A stretch of 64,000 nt of DNA from a virus. The notes under the pieces were generated by a model. That model searched no databases and was not told the DNA's origin. It saw only the letters and a program-made list of their open reading frames with translations. Within the stretch, counting starts at the first letter, position 1, and each line of letters opens with the position of its first letter. This document shows positions 56,197-64,000 of this stretch, in pieces. A program made the position numbers and the translations under genes. The stretch lies in the IMG/VR virus record IMGVR_UViG_3300008119_000006; one strand, given 5' to 3'.

Positions 56197-58085
56197 AATC
56201 GTTTTTAGAATTAGTCGAAGAATCAAAACAAGGTGAGAAACACCATGTGTTCACTTTTGGCCGGATGAATCCGCCAACTGCAGGACATTTAAAATTAATT
56301 GACAAAGTGAAAGAAGTTGCAAAACAACACAATGCCAGCCATACAGTTGTTACTTCACATTCACAAGATGCCAAAAAGAATCCTTTAAGTGCTAAAGAAA
56401 AAGTTAAACACTTGCAGAAATATTCTCCTGGTACACACTTTCAAGCTTCTACAAAAGAACATCCTACATTCTTACATCACGCAGAAAAGTTACACAAACA
56501 AGGTGTAACTCATTTACATATGGTTGTTGGTTCTGACCGTGTAAAAGAGATGAAAGAAAAGTTACACAAATACAATGGCACACACAAAGGTGCTTTACAT
56601 AACTTTAAAAAGATTACTGTACATTCTGCCGGCCATCGAGATCCTGATGCAGAAGGTACCGAAGGTGTGTCTGGTACCAAGATGAGAGAACACGCAAAAA
56701 ATAAAAACTTTGGTGAGTTCCGTAAAGGTGTTCCTGCTCATGTATCAGATACTCATGCAAAAGAATTAATGCATGACACTCGTAAAGGTATGGGATTACA
56801 TGAGTCCTATAATCGTGGACTATTCAAAGCAATCTTTGTAACTGGTGGTCCAGGATCCGGTAAAGATATCATTATTCGTGAAGCTATTGCTGAAGGTCGT
56901 ATTGTAGAATTCAATTTTACGCAAGCTTGTGATATTTTAAACGACAAACATAAATTAGCAACCAAATCTATGAATCCTCGTTATGAATCTGTTCGTAATC
57001 GTGGTCCATTAATCATTAACGGACCAGCTGATGACCTTGAGAAGATTTCACACATTAAAGAAGAATTGGAAGAACTTGGTTACGAAACAATGATGATTTT
57101 TGTTAGTACCAGCAACGAAACCAGTCAAGAACGTAATTCTTTATTGTCCCGTATGATGGTAGAATCTGTACGCAATGATAAGTGGCAAAAGTCACAGGAA
57201 AACATTATACAGTTCACAAAATTGTATAATAACTTGGTAACCTTTGATAATACTGGTGACCTCGAAAGTAAAGAGCAGGATATACATGAAGTTTACAACC
57301 AAACCAAAAACTTCTTGGATAACAACGTTTTAAATGAAATCTCCATTGATTGGATGAACAGAAACAATAAACTAAATACAGGTAATAAATTATTATTTGG
57401 AGAACAAAATGTTAAAGGCACTTCTAAGTCTATTCAGCAAAAAACAGTCGGAAGATACAATCCTTTCCTCCGAGCAAAAGGACCAGCAGACATTAAGCCA
57501 GACAACTCAGGATCTCTCGTTAGTGGAAAAGACCAAGTCCAAGGTGACACCGGTCCAAGAAAAAACACAGGTATTGGAAGTTCAGTCACAGGCGGTGGAT
57601 GGAGTGGCGCCTACGAAGAAAGTCAGCCCACGCTCAAAATCAACTCCGAGCCCAAAGAGACCAACTTCCAGCAGGACAAAGACAAAGAAAAAGTAAAAAA
57701 ACGTGGTGATAAATCACTAAGCGCTGGTCGTGTTGCAAGACCTAGTGGAGTAGGTCAAGAATACGATACCAGAGCCGGTGGTCAAGGCGCCGCAGCAGGT
57801 GCCGGACTTGGCCAGAACCTTTACGGTGAAACACAAGAATATAGTAACGCAAGTCAGAATGGTACAGCAATGCTTGGTGCTAAGTTAGAACCAAATCCAT
57901 TGGCTGAAAAGAAGAAGAAAAAACTGACATTTAAAGAGTATAACGGATTCCAAAATGATGTTGAATCTGGTGTTGGTGGTGTATTAGGTGGTGGGGATAA
58001 TAAAGAATATATGGACACATATAAAGATCCAAACCGAAACATAGGCATTGAAATTAAAAAGAAAAAGAAAAAAGGAGCAATTTAA
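56193..58085 (+). CDS. HxGH nucleotidyltransferase fused to P-loop kinase and low-complexity tail, capsid-targeting N-terminus
   Basis: FGRMNPPTAGH, KNPL, VVGSDR, SGTKMR; GGPGSGKD; MKSFLELVEE. Confidence 0.8.
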   Translation: MKSFLELVEESKQGEKHHVFTFGRMNPPTAGHLKLIDKVKEVAKQHNASHTVVTSHSQDAKKNPLSAKEKVKHLQKYSPGTHFQASTKEHPTFLHHAEKLHKQGVTHLHMVVGSDRVKEMKEKLHKYNGTHKGALHNFKKITVHSAGHRDPDAEGTEGVSGTKMREHAKNKNFGEFRKGVPAHVSDTHAKELMHDTRKGMGLHESYNRGLFKAIFVTGGPGSGKDIIIREAIAEGRIVEFNFTQACDILNDKHKLATKSMNPRYESVRNRGPLIINGPADDLEKISHIKEELEELGYETMMIFVSTSNETSQERNSLLSRMMVESVRNDKWQKSQENIIQFTKLYNNLVTFDNTGDLESKEQDIHEVYNQTKNFLDNNVLNEISIDWMNRNNKLNTGNKLLFGEQNVKGTSKSIQQKTVGRYNPFLRAKGPADIKPDNSGSLVSGKDQVQGDTGPRKNTGIGSSVTGGGWSGAYEESQPTLKINSEPKETNFQQDKDKEKVKKRGDKSLSAGRVARPSGVGQEYDTRAGGQGAAAGAGLGQNLYGETQEYSNASQNGTAMLGAKLEPNPLAEKKKKKLTFKEYNGFQNDVESGVGGVLGGGDNKEYMDTYKDPNRNIGIEIKKKKKKGAI

Positions 58086-58086
58086 A

Positions 58087-59361
58087 ATGTTCGCAAAAAA
58101 CAAAGTAAGCCAATCTATGATTGATGCTGTTAATTCAGTAATCAGCGAAGGTAAAGTAGAAGAAGCATCCGAAAAGGTGCCTACACCTACAGGCATGAAA
58201 GTCTATGGTTCTAGTTACGGTAATTCTAAGAAAGCTCGTGCGGACCAAACCAAACATTCTGTTGATGATGTTAAAGGTCCTAAAACAAAAGAATTGATGC
58301 AGAAGGACAAAGAAGATTACATGAAAACAAAAGGCAAGTACGATGAAGCCGCCAAGCCAGACTTTTTAGATTTTGATAAAGATGGCGATAAAAAAGAGCC
58401 TATGAAATCCGCATTAGCTGCCAAAAAGAAAGTTGCTGAAGAACTCAAAGGTAACCAACACAAAATTGACGCCAATAAAAATAATAAAATTGATGCTCAT
58501 GATTTTAAAATTCTCCGTGGTGAGAAAAAAGTCAGCGAAGAATCCGAGAAAGAAGATTCATGTGAAGATGAAGCCAAACAAGAAGTAAAAAAACATGAAA
58601 AAAAATTACATGGTAAAAAAGGTGAAGTTTCTCAGCACGTAGCTAAACTGCATAAAGAAAATGTATTTTACAGATTTGCTAAAGAACTACAAGAAAACAA
58701 AACAGCTGGTACAGAACCAACATTCACCGACAACAACGTAGGTGAAATGGCCACTCCAAAAAAAAATCAAGATATAGCTGACAAGGCATATTTGAAACAT
58801 AAACCGGGTACTGTTAAAGGTACGTTGACACAACTTGGTCGTTTTGTCCGTGGCAAACCAGAAATCAAAGAAGATGTTGTTGATGAATCTGTTCAAACTC
58901 AACCATCAAAGACTGCAGACAAGATTACAACAGATACATTAGCTGGTCGTGTTGCTGGCGGTAAATTAAACTCTTTCAAAAACTACAAAGTAGATTTGAC
59001 AACTAGTGGTACTGAAGCCGTACCTAAAGAGTTTGACGTTGGTGTTGATGCAAAAGATAAACAAAAACATATGGGTGATGCTGGTAAACCATTCGATATT
59101 AAAATGGATGACAAATTATCAACTCCTCCACAAAAATATTTTTCATCAGACAAAAAAACTACAAGTGAAGCTGTAGAAGAAGTTGATGAGGTAGTAATTC
59201 ATGGTATGCCAGGTTTCAAAAAAATCAAAGGTGCTGATGAAAAAGGTAATGTTACCGATAAGTCTGGTGCAGTTCATACTCCAATGAGCCGTGCCAAGGC
59301 TGCAGCAAAATTATCATTTGCAAAACTAAAAAAAGAAATGTTGGGTAAGATTTCTAACTAA
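58087..59361 (+). CDS. charged prohead-core/internal protein
   Basis: K/E/D-rich; KPDFLDFDKDGDKKEPMK and GNQHKIDANKNNKIDAHDF EF-hand-like motifs; many (V/I/L)xE sites. Confidence 0.6.
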   Translation: MFAKNKVSQSMIDAVNSVISEGKVEEASEKVPTPTGMKVYGSSYGNSKKARADQTKHSVDDVKGPKTKELMQKDKEDYMKTKGKYDEAAKPDFLDFDKDGDKKEPMKSALAAKKKVAEELKGNQHKIDANKNNKIDAHDFKILRGEKKVSEESEKEDSCEDEAKQEVKKHEKKLHGKKGEVSQHVAKLHKENVFYRFAKELQENKTAGTEPTFTDNNVGEMATPKKNQDIADKAYLKHKPGTVKGTLTQLGRFVRGKPEIKEDVVDESVQTQPSKTADKITTDTLAGRVAGGKLNSFKNYKVDLTTSGTEAVPKEFDVGVDAKDKQKHMGDAGKPFDIKMDDKLSTPPQKYFSSDKKTTSEAVEEVDEVVIHGMPGFKKIKGADEKGNVTDKSGAVHTPMSRAKAAAKLSFAKLKKEMLGKISN

Positions 59362-59370
59362 GAGATTTAT

Positions 59371-60801
59371 ATGAAAAAATTTAAAGACATTAAAGCAATC
59401 AAAACAAATCCTGAACCTGCAAAAGGAAAAAACGTAGATCCTGACCAACTTGGCCAATATTCTGCTAAGTATCAAGTTTCTGAAAGCACGGCTTCGTTAA
59501 ATCAATACCTTTCTGCTAGAGGTATCAATCCTCAATTTGTTTCTACTGCCACAAAAATTGCGCATGCCAAATCAGCACAATTTTTAAAGTGGAAACAAGA
59601 CCATATGCAAAGGCGAGAGGATGTGCAGACAGCAGAGTTGACACCTGAGGAAACAGTAAATGAAATAAGCATGGATAATATATCTCCAATGATGCAAGCC
59701 CATGTAAAAGCTGGCCGTAAGAGTAATGTTAATATGGGCACTCGTATGGCATCACCAAAACCTGCATTTAAACCTAAACCTAAACCAAAAAAGGTTGGAT
59801 TTTTTAAGAGGCTTTTTGCTGGTGAAGAAGTTCAATTAGAAGCAAGTAAAGCAAGTAAACCTACTGCATTAGAAAGATTTCGTGCAGCTGCTGCAGTTAG
59901 AGAAAAAAAACACAATGACATTGAAAAAGAACGTCAAGAAAGATTACATCAAGAACCTTCTAAATCCAATGTGCCTAACCGTGAAGCAAAAAAAGATTAT
60001 ATGTCAGCTGCTATCGACCGTTTAGAAAAACATTTGAATAACGAAGAAGTTGAACTTGATGAAATGATTAATGAAGTTCTAGGTAAAGATGCTTCTGCTG
60101 GAGATTGGATTCACGACTTTGTTCATTCAAAGAATCCTAAATTTGCTGGCAAATCTACAGCTGAGCGTAAAAAGATGGCTCTTGGTGCTTACTATGGTAA
60201 ACAAAATGAAGAAAATATTGAAGAAGATGTAAAAGACATTTTAAGGGCGGTTAGAGGAAGCAAAGAATTAGTACACAAAGTTTCTGTCAATGGCCAAGTA
60301 AAAACTATACATAAAAACAAAGATAGTGCAAAATCTGCTGCAACAACAATAAAGAGCAAATTTCCACATTTAAAAGTAACAATTAATTCTGTACATGAAG
60401 ATATGTGGCAAGACCCACAAGCAGCAACTCAAACTCCTGCTGATGGTGCCAATGGTGGTAACCAAGTGGCTGACAGAAAACGTCAAATGTCTAAATCTGC
60501 TCGTATGATTAAAGATTTATACAAGAGAAAAGGTGTGGTCAAAGAAGATATGTATGACCATGAAAAAGAAGATAAGTCTGTGGCCACCTATGGTAAAAAA
60601 CCTAAGATGAGCCAGACAGACAAAAAAGACAGTCTTGGTGAGAACAAACCACAAGCTGCAGCAACATTAAGTGGTGGTACCACCCTAACTGGTGTTAAAA
60701 GGGACAGTATTGAAATTGATCCAATAATGAGAAATCGTCCTGGTCAGCCTAATATTGATAAGAAATCTGGTAAAAAAGAAAATAATAAGAACGATAAATA
60801 G
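59371..60801 (+). CDS. charged prohead-core/internal protein
   Basis: MKKFKDI start; WIHDFVHSKNPKFAGKS..ERKKMALGAYY module; multiple xxE linkers. Confidence 0.6.
   Translation: MKKFKDIKAIKTNPEPAKGKNVDPDQLGQYSAKYQVSESTASLNQYLSARGINPQFVSTATKIAHAKSAQFLKWKQDHMQRREDVQTAELTPEETVNEISMDNISPMMQAHVKAGRKSNVNMGTRMASPKPAFKPKPKPKKVGFFKRLFAGEEVQLEASKASKPTALERFRAAAAVREKKHNDIEKERQERLHQEPSKSNVPNREAKKDYMSAAIDRLEKHLNNEEVELDEMINEVLGKDASAGDWIHDFVHSKNPKFAGKSTAERKKMALGAYYGKQNEENIEEDVKDILRAVRGSKELVHKVSVNGQVKTIHKNKDSAKSAATTIKSKFPHLKVTINSVHEDMWQDPQAATQTPADGANGGNQVADRKRQMSKSARMIKDLYKRKGVVKEDMYDHEKEDKSVATYGKKPKMSQTDKKDSLGENKPQAAATLSGGTTLTGVKRDSIEIDPIMRNRPGQPNIDKKSGKKENNKNDK
60793..60800 (+). promoter_or_regulatory. T4-type late promoter (GATAAATA)
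   Basis: nATAAATA upstream of AAGGAG and ORF 60833. Confidence 0.6.
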
Positions 60802-60832
60802 TAAGATAACCCGAGGTTAAAAGGAGAAAAAA

Positions 60833-61480
60833 ATGTCATTTTGGGGAAATTTAGACTTTGCGAATAATCGGCCAATGATGCCGAATTCCCGTGAAGTGGT
60901 GTCTGTTGCGACAGGTACAACCGCCAATCTCACTCTAGGCGGATCGAGAGTATTGGTGTTTACTGCAAACGTATCAAGTGCAGTTCAGCCAGGTGTTCAT
61001 GTCTATGGCGACAACGATCCTAATAGTGTTATTTCTAAAATTGCTAAGGATGCATCAAATTTTGATGTTTCTGATGTTGCCTTTTGGAGAGCAAACAATA
61101 CTGTAGCTTCTGTTTCTGGTAATACTGTTGTTTTAAATAACATTATTACTGCAAACTTTGGTGCTGGCAAATTAGTCTATTTCGCCAATACACTACTTCA
61201 CGATTCAACTACTACTTACGCCAACTATGCAAACGACATAATCTTGGTAACAGGAAGTCGCATGTCCAATACTCAAGGTACTGTATATGGTTACGGTAGT
61301 ACTGTTGCTAATACCAAGCTTGGAAGTGTAAATCAAGGTTGGAACAAAATTACTCGTAAGATTAATAATGACGGCGCAATTCGTTTCCTAAAAGAAACTA
61401 TTGTTTGCTTGGCAAATCCAATTGCTTCCAATATTCAATCAGGTAATACAAGTTCTAACGCTGTATTTGGCGGTCTGTAA
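60833..61480 (+). CDS. putative virion structural protein
   Basis: MSFWGNLD start, N/T/S-rich, GWNKI...ETIVCL C-terminal motif; late promoter, strong RBS, terminator. Confidence 0.6.
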   Translation: MSFWGNLDFANNRPMMPNSREVVSVATGTTANLTLGGSRVLVFTANVSSAVQPGVHVYGDNDPNSVISKIAKDASNFDVSDVAFWRANNTVASVSGNTVVLNNIITANFGAGKLVYFANTLLHDSTTTYANYANDIILVTGSRMSNTQGTVYGYGSTVANTKLGSVNQGWNKITRKINNDGAIRFLKETIVCLANPIASNIQSGNTSSNAVFGGL

Positions 61481-61490
61481 TTTTAAAAGG

Positions 61491-61515
61491 ATGGGTACCT
61501 ACGGGTACCCATTTT
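61491..61515 (+). terminator. rho-independent terminator
   Basis: ATGGGTACC-TACG-GGTACCCAT plus TTT (UNCG tetraloop). Confidence 0.8.
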
Positions 61516-61519
61516 AATT

Positions 61520-61906
61520 ATGATTGATGACTTGAATGAAGATAACTTTATGATATACGCAATGAAGTGTTATAATGCACCAAATTATGTTATGTCGGAG
61601 TTTGAAGGAGATATTAAAAGAACCAAATATCTAAAACGATTGTTTCGTAGATATAAGGCATCCAAAATACTCAAAGAACGATTGATATTAAATCATATCA
61701 TTCTGTTAAATAATGTTTTTGGTCCAGAAGTGACCGCAAGAATATTATTTTACAGGATAGATGAAAAAGATTATGATGTTTTGAAAACTTTTCTACTATA
61801 CTTAAACATAATGCCTGATGCCGTATGGGGTGTTAATGGTAAAAATATAAAGACGGCTGATGTACCAGTCGATATGAATGTCGCAGAGATATTAAGAAAA
61901 ATATGA
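61520..61906 (+). CDS. conserved T4-like hypothetical protein
   Basis: LNEDNFMIYAMKCY, EFEGDIKRTKYLKRLF, ERLILNHIILLNNVFG. Confidence 0.8.
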   Translation: MIDDLNEDNFMIYAMKCYNAPNYVMSEFEGDIKRTKYLKRLFRRYKASKILKERLILNHIILLNNVFGPEVTARILFYRIDEKDYDVLKTFLLYLNIMPDAVWGVNGKNIKTADVPVDMNVAEILRKI

Positions 61907-62145
61907 AAACATTTAAAACATATATCAAAGAAGCTACCGACAAAAAAGATACTATTTCGGTGGACATTCCATTAATGATTCGTTTGCTTGAACTAGCCCG
62001 TGAAGATGTTAAGACGGATGTGGAACTACACCAAATTGTTGAAAGACTTATCAATATTCGTAATAAAGGTGTATTGAATATGAACCATTACCACTATATT
62101 GCCGGTACTCGTATTGCCAACAATCATATTCGTAAAAATAAATGA
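61903..62145 (+). CDS. small protein with capsid-targeting N-terminus
   Basis: MKTFKTYIKE; DIPLMIRLLELAREDVKTD. Confidence 0.7.
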   Translation: MKTFKTYIKEATDKKDTISVDIPLMIRLLELAREDVKTDVELHQIVERLINIRNKGVLNMNHYHYIAGTRIANNHIRKNK

Positions 62146-62603
62146 AATCATTTAAACAATTTATATCCGAAGACCATGTTGCAAAATTGGAAAAAGGTCT
62201 AAAAAAATTAGACAGCCACAGTTACGAAACAATTAATAAACTGATGATGTCCATCAGTAAAGACCATAATATTTCTGGTGAAGAATTACACAACGATTTT
62301 AAATCCAAACACGGTAAAACTCCTGATGATTGGATTAAAGAATTAAATGATTTAAAAGAAGATTTGCGAAAATGGTTTAAGCAAAAATGGGTTCGTATGG
62401 ACACCAAAGGCAATATTAAGGGTGATTGCGCTAGAGAACCAGGCGAAGGCAAACCAAAATGTTTACCTCAGGCCAAAGCTCACGCAATAGGTAAAGATGC
62501 ACGTGCTTCTGCTGCTCAAAGAAAGCGCAGAGAAGATCCTAATCCAGAACGCCGTGGTGCACCAATCAATGTTAAAACTGAAAGTATGGATAACAAACAA
62601 TGA
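62142..62603 (+). CDS. two-module protein with capsid-targeting N-terminus
   Basis: MKSFKQFISE; second module after LKE: DLRKWFKQKWV...CAR...PKCLP. Confidence 0.7.
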   Translation: MKSFKQFISEDHVAKLEKGLKKLDSHSYETINKLMMSISKDHNISGEELHNDFKSKHGKTPDDWIKELNDLKEDLRKWFKQKWVRMDTKGNIKGDCAREPGEGKPKCLPQAKAHAIGKDARASAAQRKRREDPNPERRGAPINVKTESMDNKQ

Positions 62604-63385
62604 AAACATTTAAACAATTTTTAGAAATTATATCTGAGAAAAATGTTCCAACAAGTCCAGAAAAATGGGCTAGAGCCAAGGCTGCTGCTAAATCCAAGTT
62701 TGCAGTATACCCATCAGCTTATGCAAACGGTTGGGCATCAAAAAAATACAAAGCAATGGGTGGTGGATGGAAATCTGTTAGTGAGAATCATGTCGCTATT
62801 GCCATGGGTAAAGAAATGGATGATGAAGGCAGTATGATTATGAATCAATTGGACCAAATGGAGCGTTCAATTAACATGATGCGAGATGTAGTTAAAGACG
62901 AAGATATGCAAATACCAGCTTGGGTTCAATCTAAGGTAACACTAGCTGCCGATTACATTGAAACCGCTGCTGGGTATATGTCTAGTAAAAACGAAGGAGT
63001 TGAATATCTCTTTGATGTTATTGAAGAGATGGTAGAAGCCGCAGCTCAAGAATACAATATAGATGCAGAATTACTTTGGGAAAGATTAGAATCAATAAGT
63101 GATGAAGAACTCATTGAAGAATCGGCCGCTTGGCAAAGAAAAGCAGGCAAAGATCCTAAAGGTGGTTTGAATCGTAAAGGTATTGCTTCTTATCGTAGAG
63201 AGAATCCAGGTTCAAAATTGTCTATGGCGGTGACAACACCACCATCAAAATTAAAGCCTGGTTCTAAAGCTGCTAATCGTAGAAAATCATTCTGTGCTCG
63301 TATGGGCGGTATGCAAGGTGCTATGAAAAAACCTAATGGTGAACCTACTCGTAAAGCCTTAGCATTAAGAAAGTGGAATTGTTAA
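62600..63385 (+). CDS. multi-module protein with capsid-targeting N-terminus
   Basis: MKTFKQFLE; modules KFAVYPSAYANGW, PAWVQSKVT, AWQRKAGK...SFCARM...RKWNC. Confidence 0.7.
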   Translation: MKTFKQFLEIISEKNVPTSPEKWARAKAAAKSKFAVYPSAYANGWASKKYKAMGGGWKSVSENHVAIAMGKEMDDEGSMIMNQLDQMERSINMMRDVVKDEDMQIPAWVQSKVTLAADYIETAAGYMSSKNEGVEYLFDVIEEMVEAAAQEYNIDAELLWERLESISDEELIEESAAWQRKAGKDPKGGLNRKGIASYRRENPGSKLSMAVTTPPSKLKPGSKAANRRKSFCARMGGMQGAMKKPNGEPTRKALALRKWNC

Positions 63386-63633
63386 TGAAATCATTTAAAG
63401 AATTAAGAGAAGCTTGTTGGACCGGTTATACAGCCCGAGGCTTAAAGAAAAAAGGTAATCGCATGGTACCTAATTGTGTACCAGTCAAAGAAGATGGCGT
63501 AGGTGGTATTGCTGTTTCTGGTCCAACTAATGTTACTGGTCCACAAAGTGGTACTGATCCTGTTTCTGCTACTGCTGTTGATATGAAGAAAAAGAAACGT
63601 TACGCAATGATTTCCAGGAAAGCACCTAATTGA
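63385..63633 (+). CDS. small protein with capsid-targeting N-terminus
   Basis: MKSFKELRE then CWTGY...KKGNRMVPNCVP. Confidence 0.7.
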   Translation: MKSFKELREACWTGYTARGLKKKGNRMVPNCVPVKEDGVGGIAVSGPTNVTGPQSGTDPVSATAVDMKKKKRYAMISRKAPN

Positions 63634-63636
63634 TAT

Positions 63637-64000
63637 ATGTTTGATTGGCTTTTAATACTATTACCTATTTGGGTACCTGGAGCAATAATCATAACTGGTG
63701 TTGCCCTTTTTGTTCTTCTAAAGTTTACTACATTTATTCCTTTAATGTACAGACTACCAGCTAAAATTGTTGGTACAATATTATCGATAGTTTTATTTGC
63801 TGGAGGTTTTTATCTTCAAGGTCGACAAGATATACTAGTAAACGCAAAGGCAGAAATTGATAAAGTAGTAACTCAACAACAAGATATTACAAATAGTGTA
63901 TCCAATGATTTAAAAAAGCAACTAACTGAAACGAAAAGTAACAATGAAAAAATTATACAATCTATTAACACTAAAGATGACGCTTTGTGTAACTTGCCTA
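63637..64000 (+). CDS. probable i-spanin (Rz-like), partial
   Basis: N-terminal TM helices, then coiled coil ending ...DDALCNLP; runs off the window. Confidence 0.55.
   Translation, partial: MFDWLLILLPIWVPGAIIITGVALFVLLKFTTFIPLMYRLPAKIVGTILSIVLFAGGFYLQGRQDILVNAKAEIDKVVTQQQDITNSVSNDLKKQLTETKSNNEKIIQSINTKDDALCNLP

Noticed and set aside
2467-62837. Numerous 60-200 aa overlapping or antisense ORFs in the track (e.g. 28682-29287, 40687-41082, 27557-27943)
   Set aside because: They lie within well-conserved genes, lack RBSs and recognisable motifs, and look like shadow frames.
1-64000. CRISPR array, integrase, IS element, introns or inteins
   Set aside because: No repeat-spacer array or transposase/integrase seen; gp17, gp20, gp23, gp41, gp43 and uvsX are uninterrupted and of normal length.
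1-64000. Stop-codon reassignment
   Set aside because: Core genes translate full length in the standard code, and TAA, TAG and TGA all serve as stops.

Overview
A 64-kb, AT-rich, densely coded segment of a T4-like myovirus genome, standard genetic code, almost entirely + strand. Left to right: two antisense 2OG-Fe(II) oxygenases; the conserved virion module (gp13-14-15, terminase gp16/17, sheath gp18, tube gp19, portal gp20, core/protease/scaffold gp67/68/21/22, capsid gp23, gp3); the recombination/replication/transcription module (uvsY, uvsW, gp55, gp47/46, gp45/44/62, regA, gp43, uvsX, gp41). That module is interleaved with accessory genes: RfbB, an RmlD/NRS-ER-type reductase, heme oxygenase, peptide deformylase, two DUF4338/DruA-like paralogs, a GT-A protein, a dATP/dGTP diphosphohydrolase, an EndoVII-type nuclease, Hsp20 and two tRNAs. 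Then come a ~10.5-kb glycan-biosynthesis cluster and a late cluster of proteins with T4-type capsid-targeting N-termini, ending in a probable i-spanin. Sigma70-type early promoters (TTGACA-17-TATAAT-like) and gp55-type late promoters (nATAAATA) are readable. Best candidate for an undescribed system: a structurally aberrant, apparently non-ribosomal tRNA-Gly (intact GlyRS identity, shrunken D-arm, 7-bp anticodon stem, G33, GUGC T-loop) in the same genome as two Mom-like DUF4338 proteins, suggesting tRNA-dependent DNA hypermodification with a dedicated glycyl donor. Other highlights: a His-rich, capsid-targeted ligase-like protein beside a nucleotidyltransferase-kinase fusion; a ROSE-like thermometer on hsp20; a late antisense operon with twin membrane micropeptides; an orphan antisense promoter facing uvsW; a frameshifted nuclease. 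Family assignments come from motif recognition, not database searches.
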